A stretch of 64,000 nucleotides of DNA from Macrostomum hystrix (taxonomy: Eukaryota; Animalia; Platyhelminthes), in the NCBI GenBank assembly GCA_950097015.1, contig CATNEN010000007.1:2976001-3040000 (forward strand). The letters run 5' to 3'. The notes under the pieces were generated by a model. It was not told where the DNA came from. It ran no database searches and saw only the letters and a list, made by a program, of their open reading frames with translations. The translations under genes and the position numbers were made by a program. Shown in pieces: positions 36,601 through 47,295 of this stretch (positions within the stretch are counted from its first letter, which is position 1; each line of letters starts with the position of its first letter).

Positions 36601-39600
36601 TAATGACAGCTCAGTCTGAGGATCTGGGAGAATCATTGCTCAATCAAAGGATCTGGGAGAATCATTGCTCAACCTGAGGATCTGGGAGAATCATTGCTCA
36701 GTCTGAGGATCTGGGAGAATGATTGCTCAATCTGAGGATCTGGGATAATGACAGCTCAGTCTGAGGATCTGGGAGAATCATTGCTCAATCTGAGGATCTG
36801 GGATAATGACAGCTCAGTCTGAGGATCTGGGAGAATGATTGCTCAATCTGAGGATCTGGGAGAATCATTGCTCAACCTGAGGATCTGGGAGAATCATTGC
36901 TCAGTCTGAGGATCTGGGAGAATGATTGCTCAATCTGAGGATCTGGGATAATGACAGCTCAGTCTGAGGATCTGGGAGAATCATTGCTCAATCTGAGGAT
37001 CTGGGATAATGACAGCTCAGTCTGAGGATCTGGGAGAATCATTGCTCAATCTAAGGATCTGGGAGAATGATTGCTCAATCTGAGGATCTGGGAGAATCAT
37101 TGCTCAACCTGAGGATCTGGGAGAATCATTGCTCAACTTGAGGATTTGGGAGGATGGCTGCTCAACTAGAGGATCGCGAAGAAAATATAGGTTGGCTGCC
37201 TAAACGAAAACAATGCTACTCACCGTTTTAACGGCAGCCGAAGGAAAGGCTCAGCAAGGTTCTGGCCCTGGCTGTTGCGGTAGCTGATCACAAAGCTGAA
37301 TAAGCGCATCTGGGCTGCCCGAGGATCGTCCGGCGAGTAGGACTCCTCCTCTTCTGCGGCGGGTGAGAGCAGGTTAAAAATGAAATATTTTTATAGTTAA
37401 CGAAATATTACAAACATACAGCACTTCCGAAATGATTTAATTTTAAGCTATAAAATCTACATCATCACCTTTTTAGGAGTTGGTCTAATCTCCCTTTCAG
37501 AATCGTTCTAATCCCAGTTTCGGAACCGATCTAATCTCACCTTTAGAATTGGTCTAATCTGACCTTTAGAATTGGTCTAATCTCACCTTTAGAATTGGTC
37601 TAATCTCACATTTAGAACTGGTCTAATTTCACCTTTAGAACTGGTCTAATCTCACCTTTAGAATTGGTCTAATCTCCCTTTCAGAATCGTTCTAATCCCA
37701 GTTTCGGAACCGATCTAATCTCACCTTTAGAATTGGTCTAATCTGACCTTTAGAATTGGTCTAATCTCACCTTTAGAATTGGTCTAATCTCACATTTAGA
37801 ACTGGTCTAATTTCACCTTTAGAACTGGTCTAATCTCACCTTTAGAATTGGTCTAATCTCACCTTTAGAATCGGACTAATCTCACCTTTAGAATCGGACT
37901 AATCTTAACTTTAGAATTGGTCTAATCTCACCTTTAGAATCGGTCTAATCTCAACTTTAGAATTGGTCTAATCTCACCTTTAGAATTGGTCTAATCTCAC
38001 CTATAGAATCGGCCTTTATCTCACCTTTAGAATTGGTCTAATCTCACCTTTAGAATTGGTCTAATCTCACCTTTAGAATTGGTCTAATCTCACCTTTAGA
38101 ATCGGACTAATCTTAACTTTAGAATTGGTCTATTCTCACCTTTAGAATTGGTCTAATCTCACCTTTAGAATCGGACTAATCTTAACTTTAGAATTGGTCT
38201 AATCTCACCTTTAGAATCGGACTAATCTTAACTTTAGAATTGGTCTAATCTCACCTTTAGAATCGGTCTAATCTCAACTTTAGAATTGGTCTAATCTCAC
38301 CTTTAGAATTGGTCTAATCTCACCTATAGAATCGGCCTTTATCTCACCTTTAGAATTGGTCTAATCTCACCTTTAGAATTGGTCTAATCTCACCTTTAGA
38401 ATCGGACTAATCTTAACTTTAGAATTGGTCTATTCTCACCTTTAGAATTGGTCTAATCTCACCTTTAGAATCGGACTAATCTTAACTTTAGAATTGGTCT
38501 ATTCTCACCTTTAGAATCGGTTTAACCTCATCTTTAGAATCGGACTCATCTCACTTTCATTATAAAATACCACAGACCAGACTCAGTTTCAGCCATTCAA
38601 ATGAGACGCGTAAAAACGTAAAAACGCATAAACAGTTATTCCGAAACCAAAATGTTTTAACGCGCATTTGTTTAGGACAAAAGACAAACTTTAACAGAAT
38701 GCAATAAATTCCAATCACGAATTTTGTTGAAAAAAAAAATTTGACAAGTGAAATGAAAGAAGCATGACAGTGCCTTGACTCGGTCTGGTAAGTCGCATCA
38801 GAACGCTATTCTTGCAAATTGTCGCCGATTGCCTCTCTGGTTGACGTCGCTGCGGTTCTTGGCGCACTTTTACTAGTAGATTAGCTTAAAGTGCAGAGGA
38901 CGAAATTCATCCGATATGTGTTGAAAAATTCAAAGTAAGGTTTAATTCAGGTTTGTAAAAATAACAGATGCATAATTTTGTAATCTATGCGTTAAAAGTG
39001 TATATAAACATATTCCTACTGCCAGGACACTGACCCATTGCGAATAAGCACGACTGATGAAGACAAAGAAAATAACCCGATATGCGTAGAAAAATATGTA
39101 ATCACGAAGATTAAATTAAAGAAACTACAGAGGAAACAATTTACCGATACAATTGATACATTTATCCCCACTTTAGAGGTACTAAGTAAGCTAAAAAAAT
39201 ATACAAAAGTAAGCAGAAAATTGTAGAATGGGAGAAGAGACAGGACCTAGTGTTGTCTCTGTGTTTAGTCTGTGGACTGGTATCAAGGCCCATTTAACAG
39301 CAAGGGGAACTAAAGCACTGGAGGATTTGTGTCTTATAAAGGGGCACAAACTGTTACCCTTTGATTGAGTTTCGAACCTCCGACCTCCCGATCGATCGAA
39401 TACACAATTAGGAGTTTAGCCCGTCAGCGGATTCGAACCCCAGACCCACCTGGAAGGCGATCTAATGATATCTAAGGCAGATCTAAGGCAGAAGATTCGA
39501 AAAGGACTCTCACCCGAATCGCCTTCGCCGCCTTCAACGCCGGCTTCCTCGTCCAGCAGTTCGGCCAGCTCCGGATCCGGCAGGTGGGCCAGGCGTTCAA

Positions 39601-41396
39601 CCGTCTTCCTGGCATCCGACAGAGCCGCGCTGGACCGGCTGCGGGTGAGCGCCTCGGTGCGGCAGGCCTTCAACTGCTTGTTAATGGCCAGAGCGTCCAC
39701 GTAGACCTCGGATTTCGGCTCGTTGAAGGTGCGAGCGTTGCGCACCATCAAGACCAGGTCGCGCTCCAGGTCGTCCAAGGCTTTGTAGTGACCGCCGCGC
39801 AGGATTCTGCCGGCTATCATTCTCAGATCAATGGGATCTCGAATCACCTGGGAATTAGTGGGCGGGGATTTTAGAGATCCTGACTGACTGTCTGTCCTAA
39901 TTGACAGTGTCTGTCCTAATTGACTGTGTCTGTCCTAATTGACTGTGTCTGTCCTAATTACCAGTGTCTGTCCTAATTAACAGTGTCTGTCCTAATTAAC
40001 AGTGTCTGTCCTAACTAACAGTGTCTGTCCTAATTAACAGTGTCTGTCCTAATCGACAGTGTCTGTCCTGACAGTGCCTGTTCTGACAGAGACAAGGAAG
40101 CAGGCAACAACAAACCTCATAATATTGCGGATAATCCCTTGGCGAAGGCAGCACTTCGAAGTGCTCGGAGACGGAGCGACCGGATTCGTTGCTGAGTCGA
40201 GCCACAGCGGCCAGCAGCAGTTCTTGCATGATCTGCGGCGAGTTGTCTCCCGCGGAGTCGCCGACCATGCCAGCCGAAGCGTTGGTGTTTGCGTCTTCGG
40301 ACGGCGCCAAGGAGTGCCTGTCGCATTCTGACGTACCCTCCTCGGCGTAGTCAGATCCGGCCACCGAGGAGCCGCAACCGTCGGCGGCCATCCGGCGACC
40401 GCTGGCGGCGCGACGCGGCGGTCGCTGCATGGCCATCGACGATCCGGCTGGCGTCGTTGAACTGCCAGCGGCGGCTGCGGCGTCTGCCGGCTGCAGACGA
40501 GCGACAAAGTCGGCCAGCTGGTTGGCCAGCTGCAGCTCTGCCGCGCCAGGCTTGTACACGGAGCGGGCATTGCTGATCAGCAGGTCCAGATCGGCTGTGA
40601 ACGCTTCAAAGCTTGGGTATTCGTCCGACTTGATTTTCGCCTATTTGTGCGGAATTAGAGGAGACGGGGCGTATGACTACAGATAGTAGGAACAGACAGT
40701 CAGGACAGACAAAGGCAGAACACACACAGTCAGGACAGACAAAGGCAGAACACAGACAGTCAGGACAGACATGGTCAGGACAGACACAGTCAGGACAGAC
40801 ACAGTCAGGACAGACACAGTCGGGACAGACACAGTCAGGACAGTCAGTCAGGACAGACACAATCAGGACAGACACAGTCAGGACAGTCATAGTCAGGACA
40901 GACACAATCAGGACAGACACAGTCAGGACAGTCATAGTCAGGACAGACACAATCAGGACAGACACAGTCAGGAAACACAGTCAGGACAGCCAGTCAGGAC
41001 AGTTAGTCAGTCTGTCAGTTGCACCTGAATCCTAGTCAGGTCGATGGGTGTTGTCACGGCCTCGAACAGCTCAGGCTGGCTGCGCCTGCTCGGCAGCCGG
41101 ATGAAGGGCTCACAAACGGCGGCTCCGTCGGCATTCTTGGCCAGTCGCAGCGAGTCCAGGGCCTGCTGGCACTGATCCGACACCGTCCGTATGCCGATGC
41201 TGACGCCCTGACGCCGGCGCTTGCGCATCACTAGCCCGGCAGCGCTGGCGGAGGGAGTCAGCGACTGATCGCCAGCAGCAGCAGCAGCAGCAACAGAGCC
41301 GGCGCCAATGCTGCTGTGCATAGAAGAAGACTGGTCATTGTTGCTGAAGCAGCTCTCCTCGCTAGTTAGCGAATCGCGGCGACTTCGCTTTGGCAT
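21699..41396 (-). CDS. PBRM1: Polybromo-1 (BAF180), ~1854 aa, 15 coding exons: 41396-41025, 40640-40116, 39847-39514, 37353-37224, 35899-35554, 30537-29978, 28791-28314, 27817-27230, 26675-26466, 26392-26213, 25503-25168, 24716-24114, 23417-23295, 22552-22038, 21963-21699
   Basis: All 14 introns are GT-AG with matching phases (total 5565 nt). Six bromodomains (e.g. FIRLPSRRSQPELFEAVTTPIDL, LPAKSELPLYYQVIPEPIDL, LPTRQELPQYYEYIKKPIDL), two BAH domains (NWFLKPKETAH..KDVYVCE; GPWFLPP..ADVYVCD), an HMG box (SGYVVYASEVRK..GQM|WRKL) and a C-terminus ALHSEIYKRYIE..LRDHLLRDAL typical of PBRM1. Confidence 0.95.
22598..23205. repeat. 23-bp minisatellite (GCTCAAGATCCCATAGGTTTAGT)n, PBRM1 intron 13
   Basis: Tandem units. 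Confidence 0.96.
23610..23960. repeat. ~34-bp minisatellite (GAATCCCAAATCCGAAACAAAATATCTGAATCCT)n, PBRM1 intron 12
   Basis: About 10 degenerate units. Confidence 0.92.
24748..25140. repeat. 23-bp minisatellite (GATAAGAGACTGGATACCCAGTA)n, PBRM1 intron 11
   Basis: Tandem units fill the intron. Confidence 0.96.
25528..26195. repeat. 22-bp minisatellite (GGATCAGTGATTGGGTCATGCA)n, PBRM1 intron 10
   Basis: About 30 tandem units fill the intron. Confidence 0.97.
26810..27200. repeat. 32-bp minisatellite (GAGATGGTTGGAATGACAGGTGAGACTGGGGT)n, PBRM1 intron 8
   Basis: Tandem units. Confidence 0.96.
27950..28280. repeat. Degenerate AATCCCAAT/GATCA minisatellite, PBRM1 intron 7
   Basis: Repeated GGATCAAATAGAATCCCAAT-like units. 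Confidence 0.85.
28825..29164 (-). mobile_element. Full-length tRNA-derived SINE (~340 bp) with (ATT)n tail and 14-bp TSD, PBRM1 intron 6
   Basis: Head GGGGTCAGTGGCAGAGTGGTTAACGCG..GAGTTCGATTCC; TSD AGGAATCAAGGATA at 28811-28824 and 29165-29178. Confidence 0.92.
30605..31650. repeat. 30-bp purine-rich minisatellite (GGAGATAATGGGAGTGGGAGAGAGACAGAG)n, PBRM1 intron 5
   Basis: Tandem units. Confidence 0.96.
31932..35045. repeat. 35-bp minisatellite (ACCTGAGGATCTGGGTGATTGACAGCCAACCATTG)n, PBRM1 intron 5
   Basis: About 89 units; source of the 1045-aa and other repetitive - strand ORFs. Confidence 0.98.
35455..35530 (-). mobile_element. Partial, diverged SINE copy
   Basis: ACAAGCCCCCAAGCC..CTGCGCCCCAGATGAATGCGGCCTCGCCACGGATTCGAG is the reverse complement of the SINE head/body. 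Confidence 0.75.
35940..37165. repeat. 29-bp minisatellite (GCTCAATCTGAGGATCTGGGAGAATGATT)n, PBRM1 intron 4
   Basis: Tandem units. Confidence 0.97.
37480..38550. repeat. 23-bp minisatellite (TCTCACCTTTAGAATTGGTCTAA)n, PBRM1 intron 3
   Basis: Tandem units with a 184-bp higher-order duplication at the left end. Confidence 0.97.
39880..40090. repeat. 19-bp minisatellite (GTGTCTGTCCTAATTAACA)n, PBRM1 intron 2
   Basis: Tandem units. Confidence 0.95.
40690..41015. repeat. 15-bp minisatellite (AGTCAGGACAGACAC)n, PBRM1 intron 1
   Basis: Tandem units; core is the reverse complement of the intron 2 array. Confidence 0.95.
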
Positions 41397-41554
41397 GGCC
41401 TTTGAGTTGGTGCTTTGCCTGCTGGGTAGCGATTAAAATGCTCTTCACTGGCAGTACTACTGTAAAGCTGAAATTCAGTAAGGGCAGTTACAATACATGA
41501 CCATCTCCACGATGCATTTAAAGCTGTTTGGCTATCAGTGGTTTTCCAGAAATT

Positions 41555-42255
41555 GCACCTAGTGATGATGCAATCTACCAGATAAAGTACCTAGTTATGA
41601 TGCAATCTACCAGAGAAAGTACCTAGTTATGATGCAATCTACCAGATAAAGTACCTAGTTATGATGCAATCTACCAGATAAAGTACCTAGTTATGATGCA
41701 ATCTACCAGAGAAAGTACCTAGTGATGATGCAATCTACCAGATAAAGTACCTAGTTATGATGCAATCTACCAGATAAAGTACCTAGTTATGATGTAATTT
41801 ACCAGAGAAAGTACCTAGTAATGATGCAATCTAACAGAGAAAGTACCTAGTTATGATGCAATCTAACAGAGAAAGTACCTAGTTATGATGCAATTTACTA
41901 GAGAAAGCACCTAGTTATGATGCAATCTACCAGAGAAAGTACCTAGTAATGATGCAATCTAACAGAGAAAGTACCTAGTTATGATGCAATTTACTAGAGA
42001 AAGCACCTAGTTATGATGCAATCTACCAGAGAAAGTACCTAGTTATGATGCAATTTACCAGAGAAAGCACCTAGTTATGATGCAATCTACCAGATAAAGT
42101 ACCTAGTTATGATGCAATCTAACAGAGAAAGTACCTAGCTATGATGCAATCTAACAGAGAAAGTACCTAGCTATGATGCAATCTAACAAAGTACCTAGTT
42201 ATGATGAAATATACCACAGAAAGTACCTAGTTATGATGCAATCTAACAGAGAAGA
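41555..42255. repeat. 32-bp minisatellite (AAGTACCTAGTTATGATGCAATCTACCAGAGA)n upstream of PBRM1
   Basis: About 22 tandem units. Confidence 0.97.
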
Positions 42256-42804
42256 ACTCACAAGCAACACAAACGATTGAGTCTGAAATTGAACCTGTCC
42301 AAATCTGGCAGGTATTTTCCAATCATGTAGTTAATTAAAAGATTACCAAATTTAGCTTCACATCACTCGTTTCATAACTTTTTGGAGGCACAATTCAAGG
42401 GTTGTTTTGATTTCTCGTGTTTGCAAAGCCTCGTGTCATTACAAGATCTCAGAGCACATTACAATGTGTGCTTTACTTTGCTTGCAAGTACAAAAATGAT
42501 AGTTCTGTTTCTACAATTTCTACAATAAAACAAAAGGCAATACACTATTTACACTAGATTAGCACTACCTACAAGTGTTAAAACATATAATGCCACTAGA
42601 TTGTACAGAGTAAATGACAATTATTGATTTTATGCAATAAATGCATTAACAACAATTACACAATAAGAAAAGTAAAAGTACACCAGGACTGCTAAAATTA
42701 TCTTTATTAAGCGTTAGGAGAGGATTTCTGAAAATTACAAAAAGGAACAACTGCTACTACTACTACTACTACACCTCGGGTCCAAATGGAAAACCTCCAG
42801 CTAA

Positions 42805-43260
42805 TTTCTCATAGATCACGTGGAAACACTGCAGTTCATTTCTCATAGATCACGTGGAAACACTGCAGTTCATTTCTCATAGATCTCATGGAAACACTGC
42901 AGTTCATTTCTCATAGATCTCGTGGAAACACTGCAGTTAATTCCTCATAGATCTCGTGGAAACACTGCAGTTTCTTTTCTCATAGATCTCGTGGAAACAC
43001 TGCAGTCCATTCCTCATAGATCTCGTGGAAACACTGCAGTTCATTCCTCATAGATCTCGTGGAAACACTGAAGTCCATTTCTCATAGATCTCATGGAAAC
43101 ACCGCAGTTCATTCCTCATAGATCTCGTGGAAACACTGCAGTCCATTTCTCATAGATCTCGTGGAAACACTGCAGTCCATTTCTCATAGATCTCATGGAA
43201 ACACTGCAGTCCATTTCTCATAGATCTCATGGAAACACTGCAGTCCATTTCTCATACATC
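42805..43260. repeat. 34-bp minisatellite (CATAGATCTCGTGGAAACACTGCAGTTCATTTCT)n downstream of ZCCHC8
   Basis: About 13 tandem units. Confidence 0.97.
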
Positions 43261-43405
43261 TCATTTAAACACAATTCATTTCTTTCGATACAAATCTGAT
43301 ATCCCAGTGCGAAGATATTCTCGAAAAAATTCGCGGGCCTTCAATTATATTCAGAGAGAATTTCGGAAAGATTTAAAAAACATACACTGGCACGCCAAGC
43401 TAAAT

Positions 43406-44692
43406 CTAAGCAATCTTCGGCAAACTTTTTCTAATCTTCTTCACAACCTCATTGACTTTGATGTAGCCGCCCACAGAGTTGGGCAGGTTCTCAAACGGCC
43501 TAAACTGCTCAATATCCCGATTGAAACTGGCCGGATCCGGCAGCCTAGCGGCACCCTTGTAGCTGACAAACACTGGCGAGCCGAACTGCGTGCTCATCAC
43601 GGACGTCGAGGATTCCTCCTCCTTTAAGTCGTCAGCAGCAGGAGCGGCAACTGCTCTGGAAGACTCCATCGATTCTTCTTCCTCATCCTCTTCCCCATCT
43701 TCCTCTCTGGCGCAACTGTCCAACTCTTCCAGGTCTCCATTCTCTTCTAATTGTCGCAGTAATTCCATTCTCTGCGCTTCAAGATCGTCTAAATCGGCCT
43801 CGCCTTCTTCGTAATCATCCTGCTGTTGTTGCTGACGCTGTTGCCGTTCGGCAGCCGCGGCCGCCCTCACACGCCTAGTGTGATAGGCGTCAACAGCGTG
43901 GATTTGGTTCCTACTGGCCAGCCAGTGCACAAAGGTGGACAGATGATCATCCAGCCGCATGGGCGGATAGCCAAGGCGGCTGTGCTGATCCCGCGTGCCC
44001 TGCGGCAGGGGACAATTGAAGCCGGGAAATTTCACCAGCTTTTCAACGTCGTATTTGACCGAGGCGGCTTCGGCCTGAGCATCGGAGTCGTCAATTTGAT
44101 CGTCGATGATGGTGACACCGCTGGATTGAAACCTGGCCTCTAGCAGCCAGCCGGGGGGGTAGCCCAGTTCGCGCATTCGATAGATGTGCGCCGGCAGTTC
44201 GTCCGGTTCCAGGCCCAGCGCCTGACGCAATCGGTCGCTGATTTTGCCCGGCCTGAACGAGTCGACATCAGCCGGACCTCGGCCTCCACCGCCGCCGACA
44301 TCGTCGCCAGATGAGAAGCTGTCAAAGAAGCGTGAGTTTAAAGCGGCCCTAGAAAATTTCGGCCGGCGCATTTTAGGCGCAGCGTCGGCCGGACTGTCGG
44401 CAGCGATGTTGTCCTTGCCGCCAGCCGCACCCTGGGCCGCGGTGCCCAGCTCGCCAGTGGAGACGGACCTGACAGTCAGGGATTAGGAAGAATTCAGGAT
44501 TCGAACTAGCGACCTTAGAAACTGAGCTATTTCTTTCATTTCCTTTACTCACCTGTAGAAGATTTTAGATTCGCCAGCAGCAGCAGAACTGGCAGTCGGC
44601 TGCCAGATGTCGGTGACGCGAGGCCGTTTCCGCTTACCGCCGCTTCCATGGCCAGGGACTGGCCTACCGATGGGTAGTAGCTCGTCAACACC

Positions 44693-44734
<42 letters not shown>

Positions 44735-44815
44735 AGAGGTGTCCAAATAGAAAGAAGAGCTCGCTGCCGGCTTTTCATCCTCGGCAGCGGGTTCAGTGTC
44801 CAAGTAAAAACTCAT
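43406..44815 (-). CDS. ZCCHC8: ZCCHC8-like NEXT-complex scaffold, 2 exons (44815-44553, 44468-43406), 441 aa, no CCHC knuckle
   Basis: Phase-2 intron AG|GTGAGT..TCAG|G. PSP domain PGKISDRLRQALG..LPAHIYRMRELGYPPGWL, followed by LVKFPGFN; C-terminal LPDPASFNRDIEQFRPFENLPNSVGGY resembles the ZCCHC8 MTR4-binding tail. Confidence 0.8.
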
Positions 44816-45456
44816 TATTATTGCTTTTGGGATTGGCTGAAATGAAAGTTTTCAATTTATATCGGGGCCACTGTTTTCGTATCTACGAGCATTATACTAC
44901 TACTACTGAATGCCTCGTGGCAATTAGAAGATAAAAACTAGACTAATTATTACTTAATGTGCGGTATGAGGGGGTTAATAGCATGTGACCAGCCTGTTTT
45001 AAACTCAATGGACGGAAAACAACAATATTGAGCTTGATCAGACTATGCGTCTAGAAAACTTAACTCTCGATTCTATATTTATATGATCAATTAGTAAAAT
45101 ATCGATATGCAAATAATGGGTATATGGTCATTCTGAATCAGAATCAAAGTTTCTTGATAGCACAGTCTACGAATATTGCCAACAAAACAATTACAACTAT
45201 AACATGGCACATAGTTGTCTAGCAATCTAGGCACTAATAAGCACCCATCGGAAGTCATCAGTAGTCATAAAGACATTTTGTGCGGCTTTTTATTCGAAAA
45301 AACATTCATATTGCATACAATAAGACAATAAGTTCAAATTTTTTATTTAATTAAGAATGTCTATAATTGAGGTAAAACTAAGATTAATTCAAATTAGATG
45401 GAATGAAATATAAAATAATTATAACTCTACTTATTTTACGCGCTCGTTTTATCTTG

Positions 45457-45825
45457 AACCAATCACAGCTTAGCCTTGCTGGACTCATCTCAGTACCAAC
45501 CAATCACAGCTTAGCCTTGCTGGACTCATCTTAGTACCAACCAATCACAGCTTAGCCTTGCTGGACTCATCTCAGTACCAACCAATCACAGCTTAGCCTC
45601 GCTGGACTCATCTCAGTACCAACCAATCACAGCTTAGCCTTGCTGGACTCATCCCAGTACCAACCAATCACAGCTTAGCCTTGCTGGACTGCTCCCAGTA
45701 CCAACCAATCACAGCTTAGCCTTGCTGGACTGCTCCCAGTACCAACCAATCACAGCTTAGCCTTGCTGGACTCATCCCAGTACCAACCAATCACAGCTTA
45801 GCCTTGCTGGACTCCTCCCAGTACC
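45457..45825. repeat. 41-bp tandem array (9 copies) derived from the PECR stop-codon region
   Basis: Unit AACCAATCACAGCTTAGCCTTGCTGGACTCATCTCAGTACC; copy 9 (45785-45825) is the real coding end WYWEESSKAKL*. Confidence 0.95.
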
Positions 45826-47295
45826 AGCCTTCGGCCGGTTCAAAATCGGGCACGTCAAAGAACTGCGTCCGATACAGGCTGACAGCGCCATCCACGTACA
45901 GTGTCTGGCCAGTGACGTAACCAGCTGCCGGCGAGCAGAGAAATGCTACAGCGGCTGACACCTCTTCAACGTGGCCAAATCTCCTAGCTGGCACGCGTGA
46001 CTTGGATCTAAGAAAGACTTGCCGGCCCTGCTCGCCGTAGTTGGCCACGGCAGTCTCCGAGTAGATGATGCCGGGAGCAATGCAATTTATCCTAATCCGA
46101 TCGCTGGCCCATTCAACCGCCAGGGTCTTGGTGAGGTTCTCCACAGCGGAGCGGGCGGCAGCCGAGTGGGCGAACATCGGCCAGCCCTTGTAGGCGTCCA
46201 TCACAATGTTGACGATGCTGCCGCCGTTCTGACGCATCCACTGGCGGTGGGCCTCGCGAATGCACAGAAATGTGCCAGTTAGGTTAGTCTCGATGACTGC
46301 GTTCCAGCCCTGAGATGGGATTCAATATGCGATTCTAAGCTAGTGAGTACAGATGAAGAAGAGGTGAGAGGAGATGGATAAGAAACGAGAAGATATAGAT
46401 AGGAGGTGAGAGGGAATGGATAAGAGGTGAGAGGTAGATGGATAAGAGTTGAGGGGGGATAGTTAAGAGGTCAGAGGGAGACGGATAAGAGGTGACAGGA
46501 GATGGATAAGAGGTGATAGTAGACGAATAAGAGGTGACAGGAGATGGATAAGAGGTGACTGGAGATGGATAAGAGGTGACTGGAGATGGATAAGAGGTGA
46601 TAGTAGACGAATAAGAGGTGACAGGAGATGGATAAGAGGTGACAGGAGATGGATAAGAGGTGACAGGAGATGGATAAGAGGTGACTGGAGATGGATAAGA
46701 GGTGATAGTAGACGAATAAGAGGTGACAGGAGATGGATAAGAGGTGACAGGAGATGGATAAGAGGTGACTGGAGATGGATAAGAGGTGAGAGGAGATAGA
46801 TAAGAGTTGAGGGGGGATAGTTAAGAGGTCAGAGGGAGACGGATAAGAGGTGACAGGAGATGGATAAGAGGTAAGAGGTGATGGATAAGATTTGAGAGGA
46901 TAAAGATGAGATGTGAGAGATAAGCTCTAAAACCCAACCTTGAGCTTCATCTCGGAGGCTGGGCACACAAACTGCCCGCCGCCATTATTAACTAGGAAGT
47001 CGAGTCTGCCGAATTTCTCCAGGGTTTCAGTAATCAGACGCTGCACGTCGGCCTCCTGGCGAATGTTGCAGACGGTGTGGTGTACTTTAGCCCCGTCGCG
47101 GCAGTCAACAGAGATGCGCTCGGCTGCTGAGGCCAGTCGGTCGGCTTTGCGCGAAGCGATGACCACACTGCAGCCCAGGTGGGCGAGTTCACGGCTGATC
47201 GCCTGCCCGATGCCAGTGCCGCCGCCGGTAACTATGGCGACGCGTGATTTAAACAAACCCGGAGCGAATACAGACTTTACGGCTGATGTGGCCAT
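45791..47295 (-). CDS. PECR: Peroxisomal trans-2-enoyl-CoA reductase (SDR), 2 exons (47295-46939, 46309-45791), 291 aa
   Basis: TGGGTGIG, VNNGGGQF, GWNAVIETNLTGTF, AHSAAAR, IRINCIAPGIIYS; PTS1 AKL*; phase-0 intron AAG|GTTGGG..TCAG|GGC. Confidence 0.92.
46355..46915. repeat. 21-bp minisatellite (GATGGATAAGAGGTGACAGGA)n, PECR intron
   Basis: Tandem units. Confidence 0.95.

Noticed and set aside
19700-43260. CRISPR-like appearance of 22-35 bp repeats
   Set aside because: Units are head-to-tail with no unique spacers, there are no cas genes, and the context is eukaryotic
7595-46915. Universal C-rich sense-strand bias of intronic arrays
   Set aside because: Holds for SALL, PECR and some PBRM1 introns, but introns 2, 3, 7, 12 and 13 contradict it
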